Shown here: positions 1 through 64,000 of the stretch, one piece after another
Layout: each line of letters starts with the position of its first letter
Position numbering within the stretch: the stretch's first letter is position 1
Origin: Paraspadella gotoi
Lineage: Eukaryota > Animalia > Chaetognatha
DNA length: 64,000 bases
Assembly (NCBI GenBank): GCA_051294375.1
Contig: CM119269.1
Location: forward strand, 9,856,782-9,920,781
Reading direction: 5' to 3'
The notes under the pieces: generated by a model
Databases searched by the model: none
Told to the model about the DNA's origin: nothing
Seen by the model: only the letters and a program-made list of their open reading frames with translations
Program-made: the position numbers and the translations under genes

Positions 1-141
1 ACTTACTCAAATATAATTAATATTTATTTTGTCGTATCCCTTAATTTAATTTTAACCTTAAAATTTAACCTAAACTGTAAACATGTTCTTAACCTAATCT
101 TGAACCCTAACCTGATCCTAACCCTGACCAAATAAACTTAC

Positions 142-63773
<63,632 letters not shown>

Positions 63774-64000
63774 CTGAAGATTTTGAAAATTGAAAAAGTG
63801 ATGTATATCTCGGATTGATTAAAATGCCAAATAGTGAGAGGCCCCTCAAGAAGATTATATTTTTAAATGTTTATATCTCTTTATCACTTGTAAGTGTATG
63901 TATTGTTTGATTATCAAACAAATAGGTGCTGTTATGCGTTTTTCCCCCATCTTAAAAATAAATGAGTATTTTTTTATCAAAATTTTTAAAAAAATAATGA

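Noticed and set aside
55-130. TAACCC-like tracts as telomeric repeats (also ~1680-1740 and ~2020-2100)
   Set aside because: Short, highly degenerate and intronic; not a regular array.

Overview
Eukaryotic (invertebrate animal-like) genomic DNA: AT-rich GT-AG introns, abundant (GA/CT)n microsatellites, N gaps, and stretches whose many 1-bp indels look like unpolished long-read fill. One large minus-strand gene made of MAM and LDL-receptor class A domains (MALRD1-like architecture) runs through the whole window, and its introns hold other units. These are: a pair of small Cys-rich paralogs (+), one with a tRNA-Ser(GCT) gene in its own intron; a multi-EF-hand acidic protein gene (+); a 7-finger C2H2 zinc-finger gene on the same strand as the host; a possible Asp-rich F-box gene; several SINE, MITE and Helentron-type repeats; and a Ty3/Gypsy LTR retrotransposon. 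The most striking observation is a ~3.1 kb extra ORF in that retrotransposon, between pol and the 3' LTR. Read across frameshifts, it shows a PHD-finger motif near its start and JmjC-like (histone demethylase-type) motifs near its end. Local tandem duplications (1-3.6 kb and 36.3-50.7 kb) are probably haplotype or assembly redundancy. All translations were done by eye and no database search was run.
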